Virus record (IMG/VR): IMGVR_UViG_3300029288_000077
Span: 64,001-128,000 of that record
From: a virus
Taxonomy: Duplodnaviria; Caudoviricetes
Reading direction: 5' to 3' (one strand)
Length of the DNA stretch: 64,000 bases
The translations under genes and the position numbers were made by a program. Position 1 is the stretch's first letter; each line of letters opens with the position of its first letter. Below, one piece after another: positions 36,343 to 45,075 of this stretch. The notes below the pieces were generated by a model. The model searched no databases. It saw only the letters and a list, made by a program, of their open reading frames with translations, and had not been told where the DNA came from.

Positions 36343-36766
36343 AATAATACTGTTTCTAGACATAGATGGGGTTCTAATTTGCAAGGGTGAGGAACAGCCG
36401 CGTTTAGAGGCTGTTTCTTCTATAAACAAATTAATAAAAATTTTTGATGCATATATAGTTATAACGTCTGCTAGAAGAATTGGAAAATCAACTGAAGAAC
36501 TTCAAGAAAAAATAGAGAAATACGGTATTTTGGGTATTGTTGTAGGAAAAACAAAAGATGCACCTATTATAAATAGAAGAGGAAATGATATTTATTCTTA
36601 CATAAAAGAAAATGGAGTACAAAAGTATGTTGTTGTGGATGACGTAGATCCAATTCAACTGATCCCTCCCTTAGATAAAAGTTGTGTTTTGCATGTCCCG
36701 TTAGGATTTAGGACCGGAATAACACGAGGTATGGTAGACAGATTCTTGGAGAATAGAATAATATGA
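36329..36766 (+). CDS. Second HAD phosphatase (Swiss-army-knife-like), paralog of 15952..16407
   Basis: LFLDIDGV, ITSARRIG, RGNDIYSY, YVVVDD, GITRGMVDRFLE. Confidence 0.8.
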   Translation: MRKDKIILFLDIDGVLICKGEEQPRLEAVSSINKLIKIFDAYIVITSARRIGKSTEELQEKIEKYGILGIVVGKTKDAPIINRRGNDIYSYIKENGVQKYVVVDDVDPIQLIPPLDKSCVLHVPLGFRTGITRGMVDRFLENRII

Positions 36767-37107
36767 CTTCCATTAACCATGATCGCACAATACGTATGTT
36801 GTATGGTGAGTGTTCTGGGATTGAAGAGTTGGATTGCACTTATTGTGTGTGTACGGTATGTGGATCCTCATATATAGAGGTGTTCCCTAAGCACGCGTTA
36901 GATATCAGCAAAATGAAGAAGCTTACTATTGACCAAGCAAAAAATTTGGGTTTATATGAAGGCGCATATAAGGAGCACCTTCTGTGTGAAACGTGCCAAC
37001 AAAAACGAATAAAACACGAGGATATTTTACAGATACTTAGTTTTGTGTTTTGTGTCTTGTCGGTGATTGCATTGACAGTACTATTCTCTGTTGGAGGAAT
37101 TCCTTGA
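36763..37107 (+). CDS. Zinc-ribbon protein with C-terminal TM anchor
   Basis: CTVC...CETC, hydrophobic tail. Confidence 0.55.
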   Translation: MTSINHDRTIRMLYGECSGIEELDCTYCVCTVCGSSYIEVFPKHALDISKMKKLTIDQAKNLGLYEGAYKEHLLCETCQQKRIKHEDILQILSFVFCVLSVIALTVLFSVGGIP

Positions 37108-37574
37108 GTACAAAGCGAAAAGGCTGGCATGAATACTTTATGAATTTGGCTGAACTTACATCAACAAGGGGCACGTGTGATCGAGCTAGAGTGGGCTGCG
37201 TTCTGGTTAAAGATAAATTAGTTATTGCTGGTGGATATAATGGCTCGCTTCCTGGTGCGGATCATTGTGATGATATAGGACACTTTATGCAAGAAGGTCA
37301 CTGCCGACGCACGAACCATTCGGAAGCAAATATGATAGCTTCCGCAGCCAAACGCGGCGTTTCTACTGATGGTGGAGTTCTCTACTGTACGCACACTCCA
37401 TGCATTACGTGCCTAAAATTGCTTGTGGCAGCAGGGGTTCATACTGTATATTATCTTAATGAATATAGGATAGAAGATGTGCCAGATTTTGTTAAGGAGA
37501 AAGTAAGGTTGGTAAAATTCAACAAGAACCTAGACACTCTTAATGAAGTAATTGTTAGAAAGGATTATTTGTGA
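37104..37574 (+). CDS. dCMP deaminase (ComEB-like)
   Basis: WHEYFM, RGTCDRARVGCVLV, GYNG, HSEAN, PCITC. GGAGG SD before TTG. Confidence 0.9.
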   Translation: MSTKRKGWHEYFMNLAELTSTRGTCDRARVGCVLVKDKLVIAGGYNGSLPGADHCDDIGHFMQEGHCRRTNHSEANMIASAAKRGVSTDGGVLYCTHTPCITCLKLLVAAGVHTVYYLNEYRIEDVPDFVKEKVRLVKFNKNLDTLNEVIVRKDYL

Positions 37575-38023
37575 TGGAAGAACTATATGTAAACACGGAG
37601 CGTATGAAGCATCGCCCCGATAAACCAAAATCTAATCTTGAATTTTGGAAAGTGTGGGTGCCTGTTATAGTTACGCTTGTAACTGTGTTTGGCTCTCTTG
37701 TTGGTATTTACATCCAGGGAAATAAATCTGCTTCTAAGATCGAGTACATAGTAAGCCAAATCAATGATGCAATAATTCCTAGGCTAGAAAAAGCACTTGA
37801 AGGTAATAATACAGAAATAAAGATTTTGCGTGAGCGGGTGGCTGTTCTAGAAAAAATGAGCGAGGTTCGAAGATCTAGAGTAGTTCCAACCACATTTGGT
37901 TTTGGTAATCCATTGGATCTTCCGGCACCTGCTGTAAAGACGCTTTCTAAACCAGCTACAGAGGCACTAAAGACTTCTACTAAATATGATATACCTAGAT
38001 TGCAACATGAACAGGTAGAGTAA
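37571..38023 (+). CDS. Single-TM coiled-coil protein (possible lysis-related)
   Basis: One TM helix followed by LRERVAVLE coiled coil. Confidence 0.5.
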   Translation: MMEELYVNTERMKHRPDKPKSNLEFWKVWVPVIVTLVTVFGSLVGIYIQGNKSASKIEYIVSQINDAIIPRLEKALEGNNTEIKILRERVAVLEKMSEVRRSRVVPTTFGFGNPLDLPAPAVKTLSKPATEALKTSTKYDIPRLQHEQVE

Positions 38024-38025
38024 TC

Positions 38026-40320
38026 ATGAAGAAACTGTTAATATCCGCTATTGCTGTTGTTTTTCTGTTTCCGTCCGCTGCTTATGCTGTTGCCTGCGTA
38101 TCAAACGGAACTGGTGGTGGCAACTGGAGCGATGAAGCTACATGGACTGACGCCTCGTGCGGTGCAGCACATTTTCCTATATCTGGAGATTCTGCTACCA
38201 TAGCCGCAGGAGACACAGTAACAATAGATGGAGATCTTACGGTAGGCACTTCTCCCGCAAGTGCTGTTACTTATGATTTAGATATTTCTGGCACGCTGTA
38301 TTGGCCAAACAATCCAGGCATAGATATGATTTTTACACTACAGTCCTCCATGAGAATAAACGCGGGAGGCATATTCCAGATTGGGGATTCTGGAACCCCG
38401 TTAAATTCTGCAGTTCGTGCCCACATACTGTTTAATAATACATCTCCTGTCCCCGATCAAAAATACAAAATTCTTGTAAATGGTGGCAAATTGTATGTGT
38501 ATGGGAACTCAAGTTATTTTATGACATCAGGAGCAAATTACAGGGCAAGGATTTTTGGGTGCATTCCGGACTGCAACGCCGGTGCCGGTAGAACTATAAT
38601 GCTAGACCGTGCTGTATATTGGCCTGCATCAGCCAGTCTCACACACGATGCGATATTGATCGGAATAGGAGGCAACGTATCAACTGCCCCGGCTGCTGGT
38701 GACGATGGGGAACTAATTACTAGTTGGGGATCTCCTGGTTCTAGCAGCATCAACGGGGTAACACTTACAGAAAATCATATGATTGGGGATATTGTAGTAA
38801 ACGTGTCCCGAAACGTTCTCTTTCAGGCGGATAGTGCTACTTATCATAGCATAGTAGAAACAACTGCTACAAATAATCCATACGATATAAATTATGCGAG
38901 GTTCGATGAATTTGGAGATAACACTACCACAGGATCTGGTATAACATTCAATGCTGCATCTAATACTGTTGGAACAATAAATCATGTATCCGTAACTAAT
39001 TGTGAAGATGGTGCCGGTACTACTTGTTTTTATATTAACTCTTCTGGATGGACTAAATTTGAAGGAAATACGGCATATGAATCAAGATCAACTGGAAATG
39101 GATTTTATTTTTTAGGTAATCAGTATCCAGCAGGAACATTTGAAATAAAAGATTGTACATATATTGAGGGACCACTAGGAAATGGAGATGGTATTGAATT
39201 CGCTTCAAACACTGTAAAAACTGATTTAACTGGATTTTGGTCATCTAACGCAAATTCTGGAATAAAAATAACTGCATCATATACTGATACTTATTCTTGT
39301 ATTCTTCATGCTACCACTACTTATGGGGTACAAATTACAAGCCCAAATTCTACGTATTATCAGTATGTAAAATTAAAAATAGATTCATGTGAAATAAGGA
39401 ATAGTGAATCGAATTCAATATATTTGCTCTCATTTGCAAATTTAATTTATTCAAATAATGATATAGATGGAGCAGAAGCTACTTGCTTCAATGTTGCTGG
39501 TAGTTTTTATGGTTATTTTGAAAATAATACTTACGATAGATGCAATACGAGCAATACAACAAACAGAGCAGGATTTGAAATACTTAATTCTGACAATAAT
39601 TTTGATGTATATGCAGTAAATGAATCATTTGGAGCAACAACCGCAAACAATAAATCAAATATAAATATAGATTCACCAACATTCAATGATACAATTACTG
39701 GATCTAATAGATATGTATGCAACAATTGCTTACTCGCAGAAGTTAATAATCCGATTACATGTAGCTCAATGCCAACAGATGGAATAATTATTCCATGTCT
39801 TACATATAATAATGCCGTGTATATTCCAGAGGAATCTTTTTATTCATTACATAATAAAGATCAAGTTGAAAATGCAAATTACGGATGGGGTCCTGGGGGA
39901 ATGGTATTTACTAGAGAAACCGTGACTGTCGTGGATAATACATTGAATGTTAAAGTTCAGCCAGGAAACGCTACTGACTATGGGTACCTTCCTTTAGGAA
40001 CTATAAGCGTTGTGCAAGGACAAACTGTTACTGTAAACGTACAAATACGCAAAGACGAATCTCAAAGTGCAGGATTTCGGCCAAGATTGGGTTTAGAAGG
40101 GGCAGGATTTAACAGGTACACCACATACGATGAAATGAGCGATGCTATAAACACATGGGAGACGGTCACTGTCACTGGTGTGGCCACTTACTCTGGAAGC
40201 GTTCATATTTATTTAGGCGTTAAAAATAATTTGTCTGGTGCGAACAACTATGAGCCGGAATGGCCACCAACACTAGAAATATATGCAGATGGAATCAGTG
40301 TTACAAAGACAGGGCCATGA
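38026..40320 (+). CDS. G8-like plus beta-helix fibre/adhesin-like protein with signal peptide
   Basis: MKKLLISAIAVVFLFPSAAYA; GGGNWSDEATW...P..GDSATIAAGDTVTID; Asn-rich beta-helix rungs; CBM-like C-terminus. Confidence 0.75.
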   Translation: MKKLLISAIAVVFLFPSAAYAVACVSNGTGGGNWSDEATWTDASCGAAHFPISGDSATIAAGDTVTIDGDLTVGTSPASAVTYDLDISGTLYWPNNPGIDMIFTLQSSMRINAGGIFQIGDSGTPLNSAVRAHILFNNTSPVPDQKYKILVNGGKLYVYGNSSYFMTSGANYRARIFGCIPDCNAGAGRTIMLDRAVYWPASASLTHDAILIGIGGNVSTAPAAGDDGELITSWGSPGSSSINGVTLTENHMIGDIVVNVSRNVLFQADSATYHSIVETTATNNPYDINYARFDEFGDNTTTGSGITFNAASNTVGTINHVSVTNCEDGAGTTCFYINSSGWTKFEGNTAYESRSTGNGFYFLGNQYPAGTFEIKDCTYIEGPLGNGDGIEFASNTVKTDLTGFWSSNANSGIKITASYTDTYSCILHATTTYGVQITSPNSTYYQYVKLKIDSCEIRNSESNSIYLLSFANLIYSNNDIDGAEATCFNVAGSFYGYFENNTYDRCNTSNTTNRAGFEILNSDNNFDVYAVNESFGATTANNKSNINIDSPTFNDTITGSNRYVCNNCLLAEVNNPITCSSMPTDGIIIPCLTYNNAVYIPEESFYSLHNKDQVENANYGWGPGGMVFTRETVTVVDNTLNVKVQPGNATDYGYLPLGTISVVQGQTVTVNVQIRKDESQSAGFRPRLGLEGAGFNRYTTYDEMSDAINTWETVTVTGVATYSGSVHIYLGVKNNLSGANNYEPEWPPTLEIYADGISVTKTGP

Positions 40321-40595
40321 ATAAAGAAATTGAAAATATACTTAGTTTTTTGTGTTCAGAATTGAAGAGTGTAATTGAAGGAGTGTTTTACAATGATACT
40401 ACCTTCAACAATGAATTGTGTGTTTATGTAATTGTACGTGAACATTTTAACAGGTTCTATGAAAAAATACTATTAACAGAAGGAAAAATAAATCAGACGT
40501 ATAAAACACCAGTTACAATACATGTGTGGGCATCTCAAGGTCGCACGATAGAAAAATGCAGACCTCCTAGTACCAAGCAGTGGGTATCTAAGTGA
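40317..40595 (+). CDS. Hypothetical protein
   Basis: Coupled by ATGA/GTGA overlaps on both sides. Confidence 0.5.
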   Translation: MNKEIENILSFLCSELKSVIEGVFYNDTTFNNELCVYVIVREHFNRFYEKILLTEGKINQTYKTPVTIHVWASQGRTIEKCRPPSTKQWVSK

Positions 40596-41146
40596 CTCCG
40601 TGGGGTGATGGGCTTCCTGGGTTAGATGACGTCCCGATTGGTGGGTGGGGCGACGGACTTCCTCTTGGGCCGTCTACTGTTGGACCTCAAGTCGTGTCTG
40701 CTGTGGCTGTGGATTCTACTACCACAAGACTTACCTACAATAAAGAAGTACAACATTCAAACCCAGGTAACATCAACGATTCTTTGAATCCAGCGAATTA
40801 TGCTTTTTCTGGTGGTTTATCTGCGGTGAGTGTGTCTGTTAACCAAGCCAATCCAACTGTAGTAGATATTATAGTAACGCCTGCAATGGAGAACATTAAC
40901 TACACTGTTGTAGTGTCTAATGTAGAAGATCTTGCGGGCAATCTGGTAGATCCACTATATAATTCTGCTACGTACTTGGGACCGGAAAATGACGAAGCCA
41001 ACGATTTTATTGCTGAAATACTCATTGGTGATGAGGTGGTGTGGAGTGCAAACAGTTTTGTAAACCAACAAAAAATAAAAATTGACGTGGCACGATTTTA
41101 CGGTAAATTTCCTCTAACGTTTAGGATAAGGGGTATTAGGATATGA
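40592..41146 (+). CDS. Bacterial Ig-like domain virion-type protein
   Basis: WGDGLP twice at the N-terminus; PQVVSAVA...NPANY...YTVVVSNVEDLAGN. Confidence 0.7.
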   Translation: MTPWGDGLPGLDDVPIGGWGDGLPLGPSTVGPQVVSAVAVDSTTTRLTYNKEVQHSNPGNINDSLNPANYAFSGGLSAVSVSVNQANPTVVDIIVTPAMENINYTVVVSNVEDLAGNLVDPLYNSATYLGPENDEANDFIAEILIGDEVVWSANSFVNQQKIKIDVARFYGKFPLTFRIRGIRI

Positions 41147-41406
41147 GAAAAAGAGACGTGGACTGCAAGCGCATAAGAGAGCGCATTGTTGCTCTGCTTG
41201 AAAAGGAACCGTGGCTTACTAATTACACCATCAGCCAACGATTTGGATGCCCTGTTGACTATGTAGGAGACGTAAGACGTTCTGCCGGTAAAAAGTCTCC
41301 TAGAACTGAAACACTTACTGATACAGACTTCAAGAAATCAAGATTTTCAAAGCTAATCAAAAAACTAAGAAACAACCCTCATTACATAACTGAGCGTAAG
41401 AAATAA
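41143..41406 (+). CDS. HTH protein
   Basis: LTNYTISQRFGCPVDYVGDVRR. Confidence 0.55.
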   Translation: MRKRDVDCKRIRERIVALLEKEPWLTNYTISQRFGCPVDYVGDVRRSAGKKSPRTETLTDTDFKKSRFSKLIKKLRNNPHYITERKK

Positions 41407-41828
41407 TAGTACACAAAGACATACTAAATGTTGATGCAGGCATACTTGTACATCAAGTAAATCTGTGCGGGGTTATGGGTGCTGGTGTAGCCAAGCAAAT
41501 TAGACTAAAGTATCCACAAGTATTTACAGAGTACAGTGCAGCTTGCGCACACAATAACTGTGGATTGGGTGATGTTCAATTTGTTGAAATAAATGAGTAT
41601 TTGTACGTGTGTGATTTGTTCGGTCAAAGAGGGTATGGCAGAAATGAACTACACACTGATTATGCAGCACACAGAAAAGCGTGGCCGCTCATTAAGAACA
41701 AGTCGAGTGAACTGCAATTAAAAGTGTTTGCGCCTTACATGATAGGGTGTGGTTTAGGTGGTGGTAACTGGGACGTCTTGCGACCGATAATAGAGTCAGC
41801 GTGCGATGTAGTATGGTGCCGAAAGTGA
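41403..41828 (+). CDS. Macrodomain (Poa1p/DarG-like) protein; start non-canonical
   Basis: IIVHKDIL...LVHQVNLCGVMGAGVAKQIRLKYP...PYMIGCGLGGGNW; the conserved N-terminus lies upstream of the first ATG (41475). Confidence 0.85.
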   Translation: MIVHKDILNVDAGILVHQVNLCGVMGAGVAKQIRLKYPQVFTEYSAACAHNNCGLGDVQFVEINEYLYVCDLFGQRGYGRNELHTDYAAHRKAWPLIKNKSSELQLKVFAPYMIGCGLGGGNWDVLRPIIESACDVVWCRK

Positions 41829-41844
41829 AAAGGAAAGGTACACA

Positions 41845-42690
41845 ATGGAAGCCATAGTTGTAGACAAATTTATTGATAAACGCACCGACCCAGTAAACCT
41901 GACGGTCTATGGGGACCTGCACGAAGACTCACGCATGTGTAACATAAAGAAGCTGCACGAACATATGAATCATCGAGCGAAATTAAAGAATGCTATGTTT
42001 GTTGGTATTGGGGATATGAGTGACTGGATTTTACCTTCTGATAAAAGATACACACCATCAAATACACGTATAGATGCAATACACCCAGGGTACGATGATT
42101 TGATTGATCGTGAAATAATGCGACAGGCAGAGTTCTATAAGAAGTTTCCGTGGGCTGTGCTGGGAATGGGCAACCATTGTCTGAAACCACTAAAAGTGCA
42201 TTACACCAACCCAGCAGAGAGACTGGCACAAATACTTGGATGTAAATATGGTGGGTACAGTGGATTTTTGAGGATTCGCATAAGACAAAAAGGTAAGATG
42301 AAGAATTATGTATCTAGTGATATCGTTGGCTCAGTTACCATACTCTACCATCATGGTGCGTGGGGTGGAAGAGTAATAAAGGGTTTTGGTGGTGCCAGGG
42401 ATTGGGGTAGGGCGCATGAAGGATGGGACGTTCTTTGTTATGGGCACTCACATCAAACAGTAGTACATCAAGAAGTCAGAAAAATGATGACACACAGAGG
42501 AAACATCGTAGACAAAGACGTGTATATAGTAAACTGCGGCACATTTTACTCTGGTGTTGCGGATGGTGGTCCGCCATCCTATGCAGAGAGAGGTGGCTTT
42601 CCACCAGTTTCGGTGGGAGCCCCTCTTATTACCATAACTCCGTGTGAACAATCCATACCACACATATCCATAAGTGTTGGAGACTGCTAA
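41845..42690 (+). CDS. Calcineurin-like metallophosphoesterase
   Basis: GDLH, GD, GNH, HHG, GHSH motifs. Confidence 0.85.
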   Translation: MEAIVVDKFIDKRTDPVNLTVYGDLHEDSRMCNIKKLHEHMNHRAKLKNAMFVGIGDMSDWILPSDKRYTPSNTRIDAIHPGYDDLIDREIMRQAEFYKKFPWAVLGMGNHCLKPLKVHYTNPAERLAQILGCKYGGYSGFLRIRIRQKGKMKNYVSSDIVGSVTILYHHGAWGGRVIKGFGGARDWGRAHEGWDVLCYGHSHQTVVHQEVRKMMTHRGNIVDKDVYIVNCGTFYSGVADGGPPSYAERGGFPPVSVGAPLITITPCEQSIPHISISVGDC

Positions 42691-42691
42691 T

Positions 42692-43489
42692 ATGAACATT
42701 GGAATAGCTGGGTTCGGGTTTGTGGGTCAGGCTGTGTATGCTTCTTTGAAACCTGAGTACAAAAAACAGTGCATTATTTATGATCCCCCGAAAGGTTTTG
42801 ATAATTTTGACCAACTGATTGCCAGCGATTTTGTATTTTGCTGTTTGCCGTCACCAACCATAAAAGACGAAAACTTAGGAATAAGTGGTCTTAGACAGGA
42901 CTTTTCTGCATATGAACAGTTTTTCAAAGCAGTAATTGGTCAATTAAAAAACAAACAAACTGTATTTATAGTAAAAAGTACAGTGCTGTATAGCAATATA
43001 CTCCCTTATTTATCACAGCTAAACATAGTAATGAATCCAGAGTTTCTGAACCAAAATACGTCTATTGAAGATTTTATGAATCAAAAATGGGTGTTGTTGG
43101 GAGGAAGGACGGACCGCTGTTGCCAAGTTAGGGATATGTATGATGAGTGCTTTGACCTTGGGTACACTATATGTGAATTTTGTAGTGAAAAGGAAGCCAT
43201 AGAGGCAAAATACATTCACAACTTGTACCATGCGTATAAAGTACTGTTTTGGAACTACGTACAAGAAGTAACCGGCAATGAACGAAAGATTTATGATTTG
43301 TACAAGAAAGTGTTGAAAGAACCAACTGATATGGCCAAAATTTGTGCAGATGGCTCACCTGGATTTGGTGGAGCATGCTTTCCAAAGGATTTGGCCGCCT
43401 TTGACGGAGAATTTCCGCATATGTTGACCAGGTTCATGCAAGAGTACAATCACCGATTAAGGTCGATGGGCTTCAAAACAAATCTTTAG
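42692..43489 (+). CDS. ugd: UDP-glucose/GDP-mannose dehydrogenase-like (lacks the C-terminal domain)
   Basis: GFGFVG, CLPSP, VKSTV, NPEFL, GFGGACFPKD. Confidence 0.85.
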   Translation: MNIGIAGFGFVGQAVYASLKPEYKKQCIIYDPPKGFDNFDQLIASDFVFCCLPSPTIKDENLGISGLRQDFSAYEQFFKAVIGQLKNKQTVFIVKSTVLYSNILPYLSQLNIVMNPEFLNQNTSIEDFMNQKWVLLGGRTDRCCQVRDMYDECFDLGYTICEFCSEKEAIEAKYIHNLYHAYKVLFWNYVQEVTGNERKIYDLYKKVLKEPTDMAKICADGSPGFGGACFPKDLAAFDGEFPHMLTRFMQEYNHRLRSMGFKTNL

Positions 43490-43515
43490 TTCGAACTTTA
43501 ATATTTAGTTCGAAC
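43485..43515. repeat. Two copies of TTTAGTTCGAAC (palindromic core GTTCGAAC), 19-bp period
   Basis: 43485-43496 and 43504-43515. Confidence 0.75.
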
Positions 43516-43582
43516 CTTCAACCTCCCTACGAAATAACAGCGTATTTAGGAGCATGAAACGTTTTGTCCGACTTGTGTTATA

Positions 43583-43879
43583 ATGGAGGTGTTGGATAAC
43601 TGCATAAGGAGTTGTGCAATGTATAATGTAATAATTCAAAGATTGTGGAATTGCATTCTATGGTTATTTTACAAAGAAAGACGATCAATAGGTTGGTGGA
43701 TTAAGAACCTTGAAAGAAGGACTGGCGGCAAAACAATAAATATACCACAAAGTGTGCAGTATGGAAATCTGCTGGTCATAACACACGATGGCTGGAAAAT
43801 CACTGATCACAGTGGTAATGGAACCGGTTTTACGCTCATGCACTTACAATCTGGGAGGGTGTTGATAATAAGAAAATAA
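43583..43879 (+). CDS. Hypothetical protein
   Basis: Open frame; start uncertain. Confidence 0.4.
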   Translation: MEVLDNCIRSCAMYNVIIQRLWNCILWLFYKERRSIGWWIKNLERRTGGKTINIPQSVQYGNLLVITHDGWKITDHSGNGTGFTLMHLQSGRVLIIRK

Positions 43880-43884
43880 CTATC

Positions 43885-43913
43885 TTTACTGATTATTATA
43901 TGTGTAGTATAAT
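43885..43913 (+). promoter_or_regulatory. Sigma70-type promoter
   Basis: TTTACT-N17-TATAAT followed by AGGAGGT SD. Confidence 0.65.
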
Positions 43914-43931
43914 GTGTACCAGGAGGTGCTT

Positions 43932-44096
43932 ATGATGGGTAGTGCTGTAAAGTTTATGAGAATGCTTTCTGAGGCCAAGACTGAAGAAGAAGTGACCAGA
44001 AAGTGGACCAAGAGACGAGTCTTGCAATTCGCAAGTGGTGTGAGGAAAACTGTATCGAAATGGGCGGAGGTTGGTGACATATGGGCAATTCAATGA
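43932..44096 (+). CDS. Small hypothetical protein
   Basis: AGGAGGT SD. Confidence 0.55.
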   Translation: MMGSAVKFMRMLSEAKTEEEVTRKWTKRRVLQFASGVRKTVSKWAEVGDIWAIQ

Positions 44097-44245
44097 AACA
44101 TAAGCTGTTTTGGGTTGAGTATAACAACGGTAAAATCGAAAAGAAGTACAAGATTTTCAAGAATGTTAAAGACCGAGACAATTTTTCTAAGGAGCTGGTG
44201 AAGAAGGAACATTTTGTCGCTTTCAGGACATGGGCGTGTACATAG
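44093..44245 (+). CDS. 50-aa hypothetical protein (MKHKLFWVEY...)
   Basis: ATGA coupling; below the ORF-track cutoff. Confidence 0.5.
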   Translation: MKHKLFWVEYNNGKIEKKYKIFKNVKDRDNFSKELVKKEHFVAFRTWACT

Positions 44246-44262
44246 TTCGGTGGAGATTAGCC

Positions 44263-44694
44263 ATGCAATTTGTTTATGACGATGGTGGGCGTGCTGCTGC
44301 AGGGTTCAAGGGAGATGCCGGTGATTGTGTTTGTCGTGCTATTGCAATTGCTTGCCAGAAACCTTATTTGGAGGTGTACGACGCACTGAATGTGTGTGCA
44401 AAGGATGAACGTATTACAAAGAGACGGCCAAAAAGATCAAGTGCACGTACCGGTGTAAATAAGGGTATCATCAAAAAGTACTTGGCTGGTATTGGTGCTA
44501 AGTGGGTGCCGACCATGCACATCGGTGCGGGCTGTAAAGTACATTTACGAGACGGGGAAATTCCGATGGGCAGGCTGGTGGTGCAGGTTAGCAAGCACCT
44601 GGTGGCAGTAATTAACGGCGTAGTTCACGATACCTACAATCCAGATCGCGACGAAAGCAGGTGCGTGTATGGGTACTGGTGGGTGGTGCCATGA
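44263..44694 (+). CDS. Papain-fold (C39-like) Cys-His-Asp domain protein
   Basis: GDCVCRAIAI...KHLVAVINGVVHDT...VYGYW. Confidence 0.6.
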   Translation: MQFVYDDGGRAAAGFKGDAGDCVCRAIAIACQKPYLEVYDALNVCAKDERITKRRPKRSSARTGVNKGIIKKYLAGIGAKWVPTMHIGAGCKVHLRDGEIPMGRLVVQVSKHLVAVINGVVHDTYNPDRDESRCVYGYWWVVP

Positions 44695-44873
44695 GTCGTA
44701 AAGAATTACTCGATGATAGATTTGTTCGGTGGGAGGTGGTGGTCTGTGACAAGTGCGGCGCAGAGTGGACTGTAGATGTTGCTGAGAAACGTGGGTGGGA
44801 TTTAGACAACAATGGACGTGATTTTTGTAATTACTGTGCTGTTGCGAAAAAGAAGAAAAATGTTAAGTATTAG
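44691..44873 (+). CDS. Small zinc-finger protein
   Basis: CDKC...GW...FCNYC. Confidence 0.55.
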   Translation: MSRKELLDDRFVRWEVVVCDKCGAEWTVDVAEKRGWDLDNNGRDFCNYCAVAKKKKNVKY

Positions 44874-45075
44874 ATAGTCTTTCAATCTCTCTATTTACAT
44901 ACCACGCCGCTTTCTGTAAATCTTCAAGTTGATTGTTCTTCAAACCAGCGCGCCACAAATATTTTATGGCATTGCCGATGTTGAAATTGAAGTGTTCTAC
45001 CACCGTGATACACTCTACACCTGATGGGTGACTGTTGTAGTGTGGTGGGTGATTCACTTTTTCTTTCTTTGTCAT
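44863..45075 (-). CDS. DUF3310 (T7 gp1.7-like) protein
   Basis: VNHPPHY...ECI...GNAIKYLWRAGLK...EDLQKAAWY. Confidence 0.9.
   Translation of the reverse strand: MTKKEKVNHPPHYNSHPSGVECITVVEHFNFNIGNAIKYLWRAGLKNNQLEDLQKAAWYVNREIERLSNT

Noticed and set aside
30751-40320. Diversity-generating retroelement or invertible fibre cassette
   Set aside because: No reverse transcriptase or recombinase, and I saw no TR/VR pair or inverted repeats by eye.
40317-40595. Minimal nucleotidyltransferase (MNT)
   Set aside because: The secondary-structure pattern is similar, but the GS and DxD catalytic motifs are absent.
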